47,757 bases of DNA, from IMG/VR virus record IMGVR_UViG_2529292906_000010. One strand, 5' to 3'. This DNA comes from a virus (Duplodnaviria; Heunggongvirae; Uroviricota; Caudoviricetes). The first letter of the stretch is position 1. Each line of letters opens with the position of its first letter. The notes under the pieces were generated by a model. It saw nothing but the letters and a program-made list of their open reading frames with translations, made no database searches and was not told the DNA's origin. This document shows positions 17,122 through 26,006 of this stretch, piece by piece. A program made the translations under genes and the position numbers.

Positions 17122-17123
17122 CT

Positions 17124-17465
17124 ATGAGCAAATCACTTAATGCACGTTGTATTCGCCGTTGGGAAGTCAAATTTAAGCCTATTTGTGATTCGAAAGTTAG
17201 TCCTCACATGCGTAAGAGTTTTTTGTGTGGGATGCGTGAATTGGGGCTTATTACGGCTGAAAACATGGTTGAAAGCATGGCTGAGAAAAATGCCAAGTTT
17301 GACTACGACGGCAAGGACACTGGCTGGTCGCCTGAGTTTTCTAACTGGTATGAAGCGCATAGAGAAAAGTATCGTAAAGAGGCTCGTGACCATCTGGATG
17401 AAGAAGCCACAAACGATGAGATCGATAAAGAAATTGAAACAGAGCTGGAGTCTTGGAATGACTAA
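17124..17465 (+). CDS. hypothetical protein
   Basis: 113-aa ORF with acidic C-terminus. Confidence 0.5.
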   Translation: MSKSLNARCIRRWEVKFKPICDSKVSPHMRKSFLCGMRELGLITAENMVESMAEKNAKFDYDGKDTGWSPEFSNWYEAHREKYRKEARDHLDEEATNDEIDKEIETELESWND

Positions 17466-18183
17466 CAGCACAGCAATTAATTATCAGGCGCTGCGTGAGA
17501 TAGCAAAACAGGCAACACCAGACGAATGGGTCGCATTTATTTCGACGGATACTGGTACTTATGCGGTGCACACGCCCGGTGATGAACGATGTGAAGACGT
17601 TATCAAATGGACCGGCTTTGATGGACAGAAAAATGCAGAGAACAACGCTCGTTATGTTGCCGCGTTCAACCCAAAGGTTGCTTTGGCACTACTGGATGAA
17701 CGGGAAGCCAAAGACAAAGCATGGTCCGCACAGGACAACCATATCAACCAGCAGGCTGAACGAATTGAATCGCTGGAGAAGAAGAATGGAGAGCTGGGCA
17801 GAGAGCTGGAATCCGCAGAGAAGCGCATTGCAGAACTGAAAAAACAATGCGCTGAATGGGAGCGGAAAGCATTAAGCAATTTTGAAGAGTGTGCTGCGAT
17901 GGCTGAACGTATCGAAGAGTTGGAGCAGGCTACCACAGGGCAGGACGCCAATGTAAACAGCCAACAGGAACGCGTGGCTCAATCAGCTAATAGGCACGTA
18001 TATCACTACAACGCAGTGAGCAATGTTAGCGGCATTACTATGTCCGGGATTGCGCAGTCACCTTTCAGAATCAAATCGCAATCCGACCTTGAAGAGTTTA
18101 AAAGCGCACTTAGCAAGGTTTGTGGTTTCCATGCAACAGCAGTCACATCTCTTTCATATCTTGGGCGTGAGGAAGAAGAATAA
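17458..18183 (+). CDS. Ead/Ea22-like protein
   Basis: Starts MTNSTAINYQALREIAKQATPDEW (recalled Ea22-like N-terminus) then coiled-coil; the longer ORF from 17140 is not supported. Confidence 0.5.
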   Translation: MTNSTAINYQALREIAKQATPDEWVAFISTDTGTYAVHTPGDERCEDVIKWTGFDGQKNAENNARYVAAFNPKVALALLDEREAKDKAWSAQDNHINQQAERIESLEKKNGELGRELESAEKRIAELKKQCAEWERKALSNFEECAAMAERIEELEQATTGQDANVNSQQERVAQSANRHVYHYNAVSNVSGITMSGIAQSPFRIKSQSDLEEFKSALSKVCGFHATAVTSLSYLGREEEE

Positions 18184-18187
18184 AGCG

Positions 18188-18379
18188 ATGAAAAACCGTA
18201 AAGCAAAGATGCTTATCTCCCGTGTATACAAACTTTGCTATCCCAGCCAGTGGTTGAGAGTTAGCAATCGCCGTGTGGTGTTGTACTTATATTCTGGAAT
18301 TGCCAGAGAGGGAGTCAAAGAGAAGCGCAGCGCGGCGCAAAACCGCTGGAAAAAACACTTGCGCACTAAAGGAGCCTGA
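18188..18379 (+). CDS. hypothetical small protein
   Basis: 63-aa ORF from ATG 18188. Confidence 0.3.
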   Translation: MKNRKAKMLISRVYKLCYPSQWLRVSNRRVVLYLYSGIAREGVKEKRSAAQNRWKKHLRTKGA

Positions 18380-18589
18380 TATGTCTATTGCCGCAAGTTA
18401 CACCATGCATCTCTATTGTGACTGCCGCCAGTGTACGGAAGGTGTATATCCAGTGCCAGACTTCGGTGAGTATATCGGTACGTCATGGGCTGGCTGTGCA
18501 AAAGAGGCGCGCAAGGATGGCTGGCGAATAAGCAAAGACAAAACGCGTGCTTTTGCGCCAGGGCATAAAGTTTTGAGGATTAACAAATG
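18380..18589 (+). CDS. hypothetical Cys-rich small protein
   Basis: 69 aa from ATG 18380; CDCRQC motif. Confidence 0.4.
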
Positions 18590-18889
18590 ACCACTTTTAC
18601 CGACAAAGAACTGATTAAAGAAATCAAAGAGCGCATAGGCAGCTTGGATGTGCGAGACAATATTGAGCGCCGGGCTTATGAAATAGCGTTAGCCTTGCTG
18701 GAAGCAGAACCGGTGGCATATCAGTATCGCCAGTGGGATGCAGAATATGATGAATGGGGAGAATGGGAAGATTGCGGGGAATGTGCTTTCGAATGGTTTG
18801 TTGAGGAAGAGAAATGTCAGGGGGCAGGTGTTCAGACCCGTAAGCTATATGCCGCGCCGCCAGTTTCGGTAACTCCGGGTGTTGGATAA
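18587..18889 (+). CDS. hypothetical protein
   Basis: 100-aa ORF, overlapping start. Confidence 0.5.
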   Translation: MTTFTDKELIKEIKERIGSLDVRDNIERRAYEIALALLEAEPVAYQYRQWDAEYDEWGEWEDCGECAFEWFVEEEKCQGAGVQTRKLYAAPPVSVTPGVG

Positions 18890-19264
18890 GCTGTAGTGAG
18901 AATCCATGCGCTTACGAGCAGTATTCAGAGCGGGTAATGAAGCACATACAACCGAAAACATGGCAGAAACTGGACTCTATGGGAGTTAAGTTGGAGAAGA
19001 TTACTCAACTTAAGCAGTGGCATATCGGCGAATATTATGGAAGTCTTGGCCGGGATGTTCGTTTGGCAAAAAGTTGAGTATTGTTTTTTATTGATTGATT
19101 AACCACGATTTGAAGGTTTTTTATGGGAAAACCTTGTTTTAGGTGGTAACTGGGTGTAGTGTTTCATTTAACGTAGTAAAACTGCGTTAAGCGATTACCG
19201 CGTAATTTGTTGCTTTATGAAGCCCTGCCTTTTCGGTGGGGCTTTTTTTTTAACGAGGATTTCA

Positions 19265-19660
19265 ATGTCAGCAGAACCAATTTCCGGTACGGCCGTTGCT
19301 GCTGGTGGCCTGATGGGTGCCAGCGTTTTTGGTATTGCAACTGGTATTGATTACGGCGTTGTATTCGGGGCATTTGCTGGCGCTGTTTTCTATGTTGCTA
19401 CAGCGGTGAATATTAGCCGTCTCAAGCTGATTGGCTATTTCTTTACATCGTTCATTGTTGGAGTGATTGGAGCGCCGTTAGTTGGCTCATTTCTTGCCAA
19501 ATGGACCAGCTACAACGATCGTCCTCTTGATGCGCTTGGTGCGGTTATTGTGGCTGCATTGACAATTAAAATCCTCACGTTCGTAAACAGCCAGGATCTC
19601 GGTAGCATCTTTGGAATGCTTTCCCGCTTACGTGGAGGGGGTTCAAATGGTAAGCAGTGA
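19265..19660 (+). CDS. putative holin
   Basis: 132 aa with several hydrophobic helices and charged C-terminus; GAGGA RBS; first gene of lysis cassette. Confidence 0.5.
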   Translation: MSAEPISGTAVAAGGLMGASVFGIATGIDYGVVFGAFAGAVFYVATAVNISRLKLIGYFFTSFIVGVIGAPLVGSFLAKWTSYNDRPLDALGAVIVAALTIKILTFVNSQDLGSIFGMLSRLRGGGSNGKQ

Positions 19661-19943
19661 CCCGTCAGCACTGATTAATGCGGTGCTTTGCACAGTAATA
19701 GTAATGGCGCTGATGCTTTATCGACGGAAAGACTCCAGGCATCGTCCATTTGTTTCCTTTCTGGCTTATATCTACGTCATTGTATACGCCAATGTTCCCT
19801 TCCGTTATGTGTTCGGTCTTTATCAAGAATCCCACTGGCTGGTGGTTATTGGAAATCTGATTATCTGCATCGTTGTTCTGTATTTCAGGGGCAATCTGGC
19901 GCGGATAGTTGACGCATTAGGGTTTAATCATGACCAAAGATGA
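19647..19943 (+). CDS. membrane protein (holin/antiholin candidate)
   Basis: 98 aa, hydrophobic segments, between holin and endolysin. Confidence 0.45.
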   Translation: MVSSDPSALINAVLCTVIVMALMLYRRKDSRHRPFVSFLAYIYVIVYANVPFRYVFGLYQESHWLVVIGNLIICIVVLYFRGNLARIVDALGFNHDQR

Positions 19944-20472
19944 GATTTTTAACAGCGTTCTTGGAAAAGAGGGCGGCTATGTGGATCACCCTGACGACAA
20001 GGGAGGCCCAACAAAGTGGGGCATTACTCAGAACACTGCCCGTGCTCATGGATACCGTGGCGATATGCGCGATTTAACCCGCGAACAGGCACTGGAAATC
20101 CTTGAGGCTGATTACTGGTACGGACCACGCTTTGATCAGGTGGCCGCATTATCCTCTGATATTGCCGCAGAGCTGTGTGACACGGGGGTGAACATGGGGC
20201 CAACAGTGGCGTCAAAAATGCTTCAACGCTGGCTGAATGTGTTCAACCTGCGCGGGAAGCTGTATCCCGATTTGGATGCAGACGGACGAATCGGTCCACG
20301 TACCATTAATGCGCTACGTGCTTATCTTGGGAATCGGGGAAAAGACGGCGAACGGGTGATGCTGACGTCGCTGAACTGTACGCAGGGCGAACGCTATCTG
20401 GAGCTGGCGGAGAAGCGCGAGGCTAATGAGTCGTTTGTCTACGGCTGGATGAAAGAGCGAGTGGTGGTATGA
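19930..20472 (+). CDS. endolysin, GH108-type N-acetylmuramidase with peptidoglycan-binding domain
   Basis: GGYVDHPDDKGGPTKWGIT signature near N-terminus. Confidence 0.85.
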   Translation: MTKDEIFNSVLGKEGGYVDHPDDKGGPTKWGITQNTARAHGYRGDMRDLTREQALEILEADYWYGPRFDQVAALSSDIAAELCDTGVNMGPTVASKMLQRWLNVFNLRGKLYPDLDADGRIGPRTINALRAYLGNRGKDGERVMLTSLNCTQGERYLELAEKREANESFVYGWMKERVVV

Positions 20473-20747
20473 CTGGTTTGAAAGCCGTTTTGTCATTTAT
20501 CGGCACCGTTATATTGGTTGCATTCGGTGCGTTTGGTTTTGGTCGTATGAAGGGGCGAGAAAAGGCCGAAGATGAAGCTGAAAAGCAGCGCATTAATGAG
20601 AATGCAGCCGCCGTAAAAGCCACTGCGGAGCGGCGTATAGAAGTGACAAAAGAGGTGGGGAATGTACAGCAGAGTGTTAACCATATGGCTGATGACGATG
20701 TTGATCGCGAGCTGCGGGAGTCGTGGAAGCGTCCCGGTGGTGGTTGA
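20469..20747 (+). CDS. i-spanin (Rz-like)
   Basis: N-terminal TM helix then charged coiled-coil; directly after endolysin. Confidence 0.6.
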   Translation: MTGLKAVLSFIGTVILVAFGAFGFGRMKGREKAEDEAEKQRINENAAAVKATAERRIEVTKEVGNVQQSVNHMADDDVDRELRESWKRPGGG

Positions 20748-20871
20748 TACCGCCTGTGATTGGGTAAAGCCCATCTACCTGACTGATCACGACATCGATG
20801 TTATGGACCGCCAGACAAAGAAAGATATTCTGGCTCATAACAGGGCATGGGAAATCAACTGCCGAAAGTAA
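20662..20871 (+). CDS. o-spanin (Rz1-like lipoprotein), overlapping i-spanin
   Basis: Lipobox LIASC; probable start at internal Met (20692/20698). Confidence 0.55.
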   Translation: MYSRVLTIWLMTMLIASCGSRGSVPVVVDTACDWVKPIYLTDHDIDVMDRQTKKDILAHNRAWEINCRK

Positions 20872-20912
20872 TATATATTTCTATAATTATATAAATATAT
20901 AGTTACAACATT
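20871..20912. repeat. TATAATTATA palindrome site G
   Basis: Core at 20882-20891 in AT-rich DNA after lysis cassette. Confidence 0.45.
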
Positions 20913-20946
20913 CTATGCGCTTTTCTCATGGCGCACGCATCAACCA

Positions 20947-21029
20947 TGTTTGTCTGATATGCCGCCGCGCCCAAAAATCCTGAATTTATTGGCTGGGATT
21001 TTCGTGCGCGGCGCCACACCAGACAAACA
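20947..21029. repeat. long imperfect inverted repeat upstream of tRNA
   Basis: TGTTTGTCTG...GCCGCCGCGC (20947-20970) pairs with GCGCGGCGC...CAGACAAACA (21006-21029); loop has AAAATCC/GGATTTT. Confidence 0.4.
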
Positions 21030-21039
21030 AATCAAATAT

Positions 21040-21115
21040 GGCCCCTTAGCTTAGTGGTTAGAGCAGGCGACTCATAATCGCACGGTCATCGGTTCAAATC
21101 CGGTAGGGGCCACCA
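21040..21115 (+). tRNA. tRNA with CAU anticodon (Met or Ile2/lysidine type)
   Basis: 76-nt cloverleaf: acceptor GGCCCCT/AGGGGCC, anticodon loop CTCATAA, T-loop GGTTCAAATCC, 3' CCA; recalled as close to E. coli tRNA-Ile2. Confidence 0.8.
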
Positions 21116-21423
21116 ATTCACCCTCACACATAAAGATAAGCGCGGTGGAGTTACTTCTTCGTGCTCATCTTTATGCGTGCCTGGTGCACATTTCGGGAAG
21201 CCGTTGGTTAGTGAGTACAGGCAGGGCCTGTTATCCGCAAAGGGGTAAAAGCTGGAGCGGCACGGAACTGTAGCCGTGTTACCAAAACAGCGTTGTCGGG
21301 CGATATCCGGCACACAACAGGCAAGGGCATTAATCAGTCTGGTTAGTGCCCTTTTCGTTGTGTCTGCTGTAGAGCTGGCCAGCGTTATGACTGCCGGAGA
21401 TAAGCGCCGGAGGCACAACTAAC

Positions 21424-22011
21424 ATGGAGGCAATTGCATTGTTTAATCTGATTTATGCAGATCCCCCCTGGGAATACAAAGATAAGTGTAAGGATGGGAA
21501 TCGTGGAGCTGGTTTTAAGTATCCAACGATGAAAGCTGAGGATATTGCTCGTATTCCTGTCTGGCAGCTTGCTAATCCTGAATCGTGTTTGTTGGCCATG
21601 TGGTGGGTTCCGACTCAGCCAGAAGAAGCGTTGCTGGTGGTGAAAGCATGGGGATTCAGGCTTATGACCATGAAGGGCTTCACATGGAACAAATGTGGTA
21701 GCCGACAACCAGATAAGCTGGTGATGGGGATGGGGCATATGACTCGTGCAAACAGTGAAGATTGCTTGTTTGCGGTAAAAGGCAAATTGCCGACCCGCCT
21801 TGATGCGGGGATCATTCAGTCGTTTACATCGCCTCGTCTGGAGCATTCTCGGAAGCCTGATGTGGTTCGTGACAAGCTGGTAAGGCTGTTAGGTGATGTT
21901 CCTCGTATTGAGCTGTTTGCTCGCGGTGATTTACCTGATGGTTGGCATGGCTGGGGCAACCAGTGCAATGGAGGTATCCAGTTGCATGATGCTCTCTGGC
22001 AAGTGGCATAG
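21424..22011 (+). CDS. orphan N6-adenine DNA methyltransferase, MT-A70 family
   Basis: DPPW motif (IYADPPWEY) near N-terminus; no adjacent restriction endonuclease. Confidence 0.75.
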   Translation: MEAIALFNLIYADPPWEYKDKCKDGNRGAGFKYPTMKAEDIARIPVWQLANPESCLLAMWWVPTQPEEALLVVKAWGFRLMTMKGFTWNKCGSRQPDKLVMGMGHMTRANSEDCLFAVKGKLPTRLDAGIIQSFTSPRLEHSRKPDVVRDKLVRLLGDVPRIELFARGDLPDGWHGWGNQCNGGIQLHDALWQVA

Positions 22012-22122
22012 AATTATATAATTATAGATTTATATAAAAAGTGCTTTACAGGTGGGAAAAAATTTCCTAAGGTTATACCCGAAACCGAGCGATACCCGCC
22101 CTGGTTAAACCGGAGAAATCTG
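22011..22122 (+). promoter_or_regulatory. conserved promoter-leader element, copy C
   Basis: Near-identical to copies A and B; core at 22017-22026. Confidence 0.5.
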
Positions 22123-22419
22123 ATGAAAGTACAAGACCGTGAAGTAGTAAAAAACCTCCTGCAATACCTGACCTCAAAAAACCTGACGGGCAGCGTTGAG
22201 TTCCGTGAAGCGTTAAAACATTTCAACGTCACTACGGTTTATCGTTGGGAAAACAAACATTCTGAAAGACCGTATGTGGTGGATGTTTTTGCGCCTGATA
22301 TTGAGTGCGGTTTTGAGCGTCATTCGTTCAAGGAGAAACATTCTGCTGATTTTTTTGTGAGGTTGTATGTGCGGCAGGAGATGATGAGTGATGCGTATTT
22401 CCTTCAAACGTGCGACTGA
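22123..22419 (+). CDS. hypothetical protein
   Basis: 98-aa ORF after leader copy C. Confidence 0.5.
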   Translation: MKVQDREVVKNLLQYLTSKNLTGSVEFREALKHFNVTTVYRWENKHSERPYVVDVFAPDIECGFERHSFKEKHSADFFVRLYVRQEMMSDAYFLQTCD

Positions 22420-22588
22420 GCAGCAACGCAAAGAGTTCCTGGCTGATGATGTAGCGGCCGTTTATGACCTCATGAAAGAGGTTGTGGAATCAGGGAACTA
22501 CACGGCGGCAAAGATGCTTAAACTGCAATTCTTGCTGGGCGACCTGAAATACAAATCCGAAGTTGTCGCCGGACGACGCGAGCATTAA
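22391..22588 (+). CDS. hypothetical protein
   Basis: 65-aa ORF (alternative GTG start 22388). Confidence 0.4.
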   Translation: MRISFKRATEQQRKEFLADDVAAVYDLMKEVVESGNYTAAKMLKLQFLLGDLKYKSEVVAGRREH

Positions 22589-22610
22589 ACCGTAACGATA
22601 ACGAACAACG

Positions 22611-22637
22611 AGCCTCGGCAATTGCCGGGGCTTTTTT
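22611..22637 (+). terminator. rho-independent terminator
   Basis: CCTCGGCAA/TTGCCGGGG hairpin + TTTTTT. Confidence 0.55.
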
Positions 22638-22662
22638 ACATCCAGACAAAGGAGAACATGGG

Positions 22663-22962
22663 ATGCCTTCGACAAGCACCAAAAAAGAAATGGCGGTTAG
22701 TGATGTGCTTTACGCGCTTTCGACTATATGTGACGGAGCAATGATGAGGATGAAAGTCCTCCGTGAAGCATACGGAAAAAGTCACGATGAGGCAGCTAAA
22801 GAATGCCTGAATGAGATTGTGGACTTCATTGATAACCATCGTTCAGTTATATCGCGTCAACCGACAGAGTCGTCCATCACGATTAGCGCACCGGTTATCA
22901 ATATATCAGTAACTGCGGCGTGTAAATCAGCAGCGGAAGATGATCGTGCTTATGCCGAGTGA
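22663..22962 (+). CDS. hypothetical protein
   Basis: 99-aa ORF. Confidence 0.5.
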   Translation: MPSTSTKKEMAVSDVLYALSTICDGAMMRMKVLREAYGKSHDEAAKECLNEIVDFIDNHRSVISRQPTESSITISAPVINISVTAACKSAAEDDRAYAE

Positions 22963-23152
22963 TTTGTTCTGGTTTCCGCTTCCAATAAGAGATTTGTTGG
23001 TATTTCTGGCTGGCGCTTACGTCTGGAGAAAAGCGAAAGATACCTCGTTATCTTTGAGGTTTGTCTTAGCTATATCGGTAGGAACCGCGCTGGGTACGGC
23101 GTATCTCTTGATATTACTGGAGGTATTCATTGAAAAATGGATAGTTTCATGA
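22940..23152 (+). CDS. small membrane protein
   Basis: 70 aa with two hydrophobic helices. Confidence 0.45.
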   Translation: MIVLMPSDLFWFPLPIRDLLVFLAGAYVWRKAKDTSLSLRFVLAISVGTALGTAYLLILLEVFIEKWIVS

Positions 23153-23301
23153 ATGGTCTTGGCATTTTTCTGATGGTTGTGGCTGTGTGTTTTTGTATCT
23201 CGCTGGTGGTTATTGCTGGTGTCCTGTGGCGCATCTTAGTGGCGCAGAGAGCTTTTCGGCTTAAGCGGGAGCAAATGCGCCTTGATTTCTATCGAAAGTA
23301 A
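23149..23301 (+). CDS. small membrane protein (50 aa)
   Basis: ATGA start-stop overlap with upstream gene; one TM helix then basic tail; below ORF-track length cutoff. Confidence 0.4.
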   Translation: MNGLGIFLMVVAVCFCISLVVIAGVLWRILVAQRAFRLKREQMRLDFYRK

Positions 23302-23308
23302 CTCTTAC

Positions 23309-23336
23309 AGCCTCGCGTGTCGCGGGGCTTTTATTT
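23309..23336 (+). terminator. rho-independent terminator
   Basis: CCTCGCG-TGT-CGCGGGG + T-rich tail. Confidence 0.5.
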
Positions 23337-23348
23337 TCAGGTGATGTT

Positions 23349-23759
23349 ATGGAAAAGAAAGAAGATAAACCGATTGCCATTGGTGCAGAGTCTGTTCCGT
23401 TTAAGTTTGAATTATCCCAACTGGTAACAATGCGTATCAGTGAAGAGTGGGGAGAAGTTCAAGCCCGTGCTCAGTATGCAAATGGCGAAAACCAGTATTT
23501 GATTCACTATCAGGCGGCTGATGGTCGTGCTACCACAGAGTGGTTCGGTGAATCGATGTTGATTGCGATGGAAGATGATCGTTATCCAGGCTGCCCTGTT
23601 TTTGCCTGTGTTGATTTGCCAGAAGGCGCGGTACTTGAAGACGACAAAGAAGAATGCTCGTCTGATGGCGAACTTGTCATTACTGGAATCGTTGATGGTA
23701 AGCCGGAATACTCTCGTATTGAGGTAAATAACGGCCGCATCCGTTTGATCCCTGCGTAA
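23349..23759 (+). CDS. hypothetical protein
   Basis: 136-aa acidic ORF. Confidence 0.5.
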   Translation: MEKKEDKPIAIGAESVPFKFELSQLVTMRISEEWGEVQARAQYANGENQYLIHYQAADGRATTEWFGESMLIAMEDDRYPGCPVFACVDLPEGAVLEDDKEECSSDGELVITGIVDGKPEYSRIEVNNGRIRLIPA

Positions 23760-23820
23760 CGCATTACAGCAGCTCTTGTGCTTACCAGGGGCTGCGATAA
23801 TGCGCAAACCAAAGCTGCCT

Positions 23821-23866
23821 CATTAACTCCAGCTCGCTGTGGAGTTAATGCTGGTGGCTTTTTTAT
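23821..23866 (+). terminator. hairpin with downstream T-run
   Basis: CATTAACTCC-N10-GGAGTTAATG then TTTTTT at 23860. Confidence 0.4.
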
Positions 23867-23993
23867 TACTGGAAGGTGGGCGACCGCCGTCAGTTGCGAC
23901 CTGACGACAGTCATTCATACCCACAGGGTGCCGTGGATACAAACCGAGGCCCACTTGCTTGCACAAGCGAGGGGATTTTAGCGGATAAACGGC

Positions 23994-24617
23994 ATGACAA
24001 AACATCTTAATGTGGTTTCTTTACCACTTTCTGTGTTGATTGGTTATGAAAAGAACGCTCGCACACACTCCGTGGAGCAGGTAGATCAGATTATTGCCAG
24101 CATACAGGAGTACGGATGGACTAATCCGATCCTGATAGACGAGAACAACGTTGTAATTGCTGGTCATGGTCGAATTGCTGCGGCCACTCAGTTGGGGATG
24201 GATGATGTTCCCTGCATTGTTCTGGCTGGGCTAACGGAGAATCAGAAGAAGGCATATCGTCTGGCCGACAACCGTATTCCGCTGAATGCTGGTTGGGATG
24301 AAGAGTTGTTAAGCGCGGAGCTTGCAGATCTTGCGGCCGATGATTTTGCTCTGGACTCAATTGGTTTTACTCAGCGCGAACTGGATAACTTATTGAGTGC
24401 GGCGGTCTACGATGACACAGAGGGTATGGATATCCCATTTGAGAAGGATGAGGCCAAATCAGGCGTAAAAGTTCAGTACCTGTCATTTGGAGGTCATAAA
24501 ATCCCGGCAACGGATGAGGAAGCGGATCGTTTTGACTGCGCGGTGTCTCGTTATGTTGATGATAATGGCAGCTATATCGGATTTGTATCCGCATTGCTGG
24601 CTGGGGAGGTGTGCTGA
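23994..24617 (+). CDS. ParB/Srx-like nuclease-domain protein
   Basis: 207 aa; IAGHGRIAA box; paralogue of 27284-27874. Confidence 0.6.
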   Translation: MTKHLNVVSLPLSVLIGYEKNARTHSVEQVDQIIASIQEYGWTNPILIDENNVVIAGHGRIAAATQLGMDDVPCIVLAGLTENQKKAYRLADNRIPLNAGWDEELLSAELADLAADDFALDSIGFTQRELDNLLSAAVYDDTEGMDIPFEKDEAKSGVKVQYLSFGGHKIPATDEEADRFDCAVSRYVDDNGSYIGFVSALLAGEVC

Positions 24618-25990
24618 TGCTTCACCTCAATTACGACATAACGCACCTACGCGGCGCGGAATATAACCCGCGTTTTATCGGTGAGGATGATCTTGCGAGG
24701 CTGGCGGAAAGCGTCAGGGAGCTGGGGCTTGTGAAGCCATTGATAGTGCGCGGCGATTTGCTGGTGGCGGGACACCAAAGGACGAAGGCGCTACGTAAGT
24801 TGGGAATAACGCGTGCTGCGGTGTATGTGTTGCCCTGTGAAACGACGGTATACGACGAAGTACGGTTTAACCAACTGCATAACGGAACGGATTTTGATAG
24901 CGGAGATGAGCGTTGCAGGGTGTCCGGTCTGGAAGATAAGCATGGTTTTGTTCAGGTATCGGCAAGCCAGATCTCAGGCAATATGCGCGCGAAAATGGCA
25001 TATGTTCGAAAGAACATAGCGGAACTGGTTATCAAGTATGGTCCGTGGGGTGGTTGTGTTGCTACTCAGTCTGGTGAGGTTATTCACTGTGCTCAGTATG
25101 CATTAGCAGCGAAAATGACGCGCACACCGCTAACGGTGTTTGTGATCCCTGATGTTGAGAAGGAAAAATACCAAAGTTATCTGAATAAAACTTATGGTGT
25201 ATTTGAGTATTCTCATCTGGAGAAAACAACATACATCCAGACGTATGCGCAGCTTATGCGGTTGCGTAATGGTGGCAGCCTGAAATCAAATCTGTATGAG
25301 TCGTTGATCCTCCCGATCGTTGCCAAGACGCCAAGAGGAATTGATTTTGGTTCGGGGCAGGGAGACTACGCGCGAATGCTCAGGGCAAAGGGATATAACC
25401 TGCATGATCTTGAGCTTTTTCGCCGTAAGGGCGCTGGAAACACTCTGGATAGGGCTGCAACAAACCGAATGATTGATACGCTGGTGGACGACTTAAAAAC
25501 GCGAGGGCGTTACGACTACGTGATTTGCGATAGCGTTTTGAACTCGGTCGATAGTGTCGAGGCTGAATGGTCCGTTCTGACGGTTCTGAAAGGCCTGTGT
25601 AAAGCTGGTGGGTCAATATTCTTTTCTGGTCGTAGCCGTGGAGAGCTGGAAACAGTCCTGAAGCAAACACAAGCGGCGAGTTCCAAAAGCCGGCTTTATT
25701 TTATTGATCATAACGGTTTTACCGCGTTGTACCGGAAGGGGCACTGGTTTTACCAGAAGTTTCACTCTGATGATGAAGTGAAGCAGTTGTGTCGTGTACA
25801 TGGTTTCAGGATTAAGCGGTCAATATTCAACTGTAAGAGCTGGTATTTGCACGTCATTAACGATGATTCCCTTAGTTGGGCGAGTCTGGAGAAAGCTGTT
25901 CGTTTTGAGTTTGAGTTGCCGTTGCCTGGTGGTTCAACAATCGGACGATCTGATGATGTGCTGGCGGCTTTCCGGCCGTTGATTAAGTAG
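24611..25990 (+). CDS. ParB/Srx-like N-terminal domain fused to class I SAM-dependent methyltransferase domain
   Basis: 459 aa; VAGHQRTKA box; motif I GIDFGSGQGDYARML; no DPPY/NPPY motif. Confidence 0.6.
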   Translation: MLMLHLNYDITHLRGAEYNPRFIGEDDLARLAESVRELGLVKPLIVRGDLLVAGHQRTKALRKLGITRAAVYVLPCETTVYDEVRFNQLHNGTDFDSGDERCRVSGLEDKHGFVQVSASQISGNMRAKMAYVRKNIAELVIKYGPWGGCVATQSGEVIHCAQYALAAKMTRTPLTVFVIPDVEKEKYQSYLNKTYGVFEYSHLEKTTYIQTYAQLMRLRNGGSLKSNLYESLILPIVAKTPRGIDFGSGQGDYARMLRAKGYNLHDLELFRRKGAGNTLDRAATNRMIDTLVDDLKTRGRYDYVICDSVLNSVDSVEAEWSVLTVLKGLCKAGGSIFFSGRSRGELETVLKQTQAASSKSRLYFIDHNGFTALYRKGHWFYQKFHSDDEVKQLCRVHGFRIKRSIFNCKSWYLHVINDDSLSWASLEKAVRFEFELPLPGGSTIGRSDDVLAAFRPLIK

Positions 25991-26006
25991 TGTGTAGGAG
26001 GCGCTG

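Noticed and set aside
17140-17457. N-terminal extension of ORF 17140-18183
   Set aside because: It overlaps gene 17124-17465 in another frame; the Ea22-like protein begins at ATG 17458.
5451-22122. Possibility that the recurring AT-rich repeats are a CRISPR array or an IS element
   Set aside because: The copies are kilobases apart with unrelated genes between them, have no regular spacer architecture, and no transposase or cas genes are nearby.
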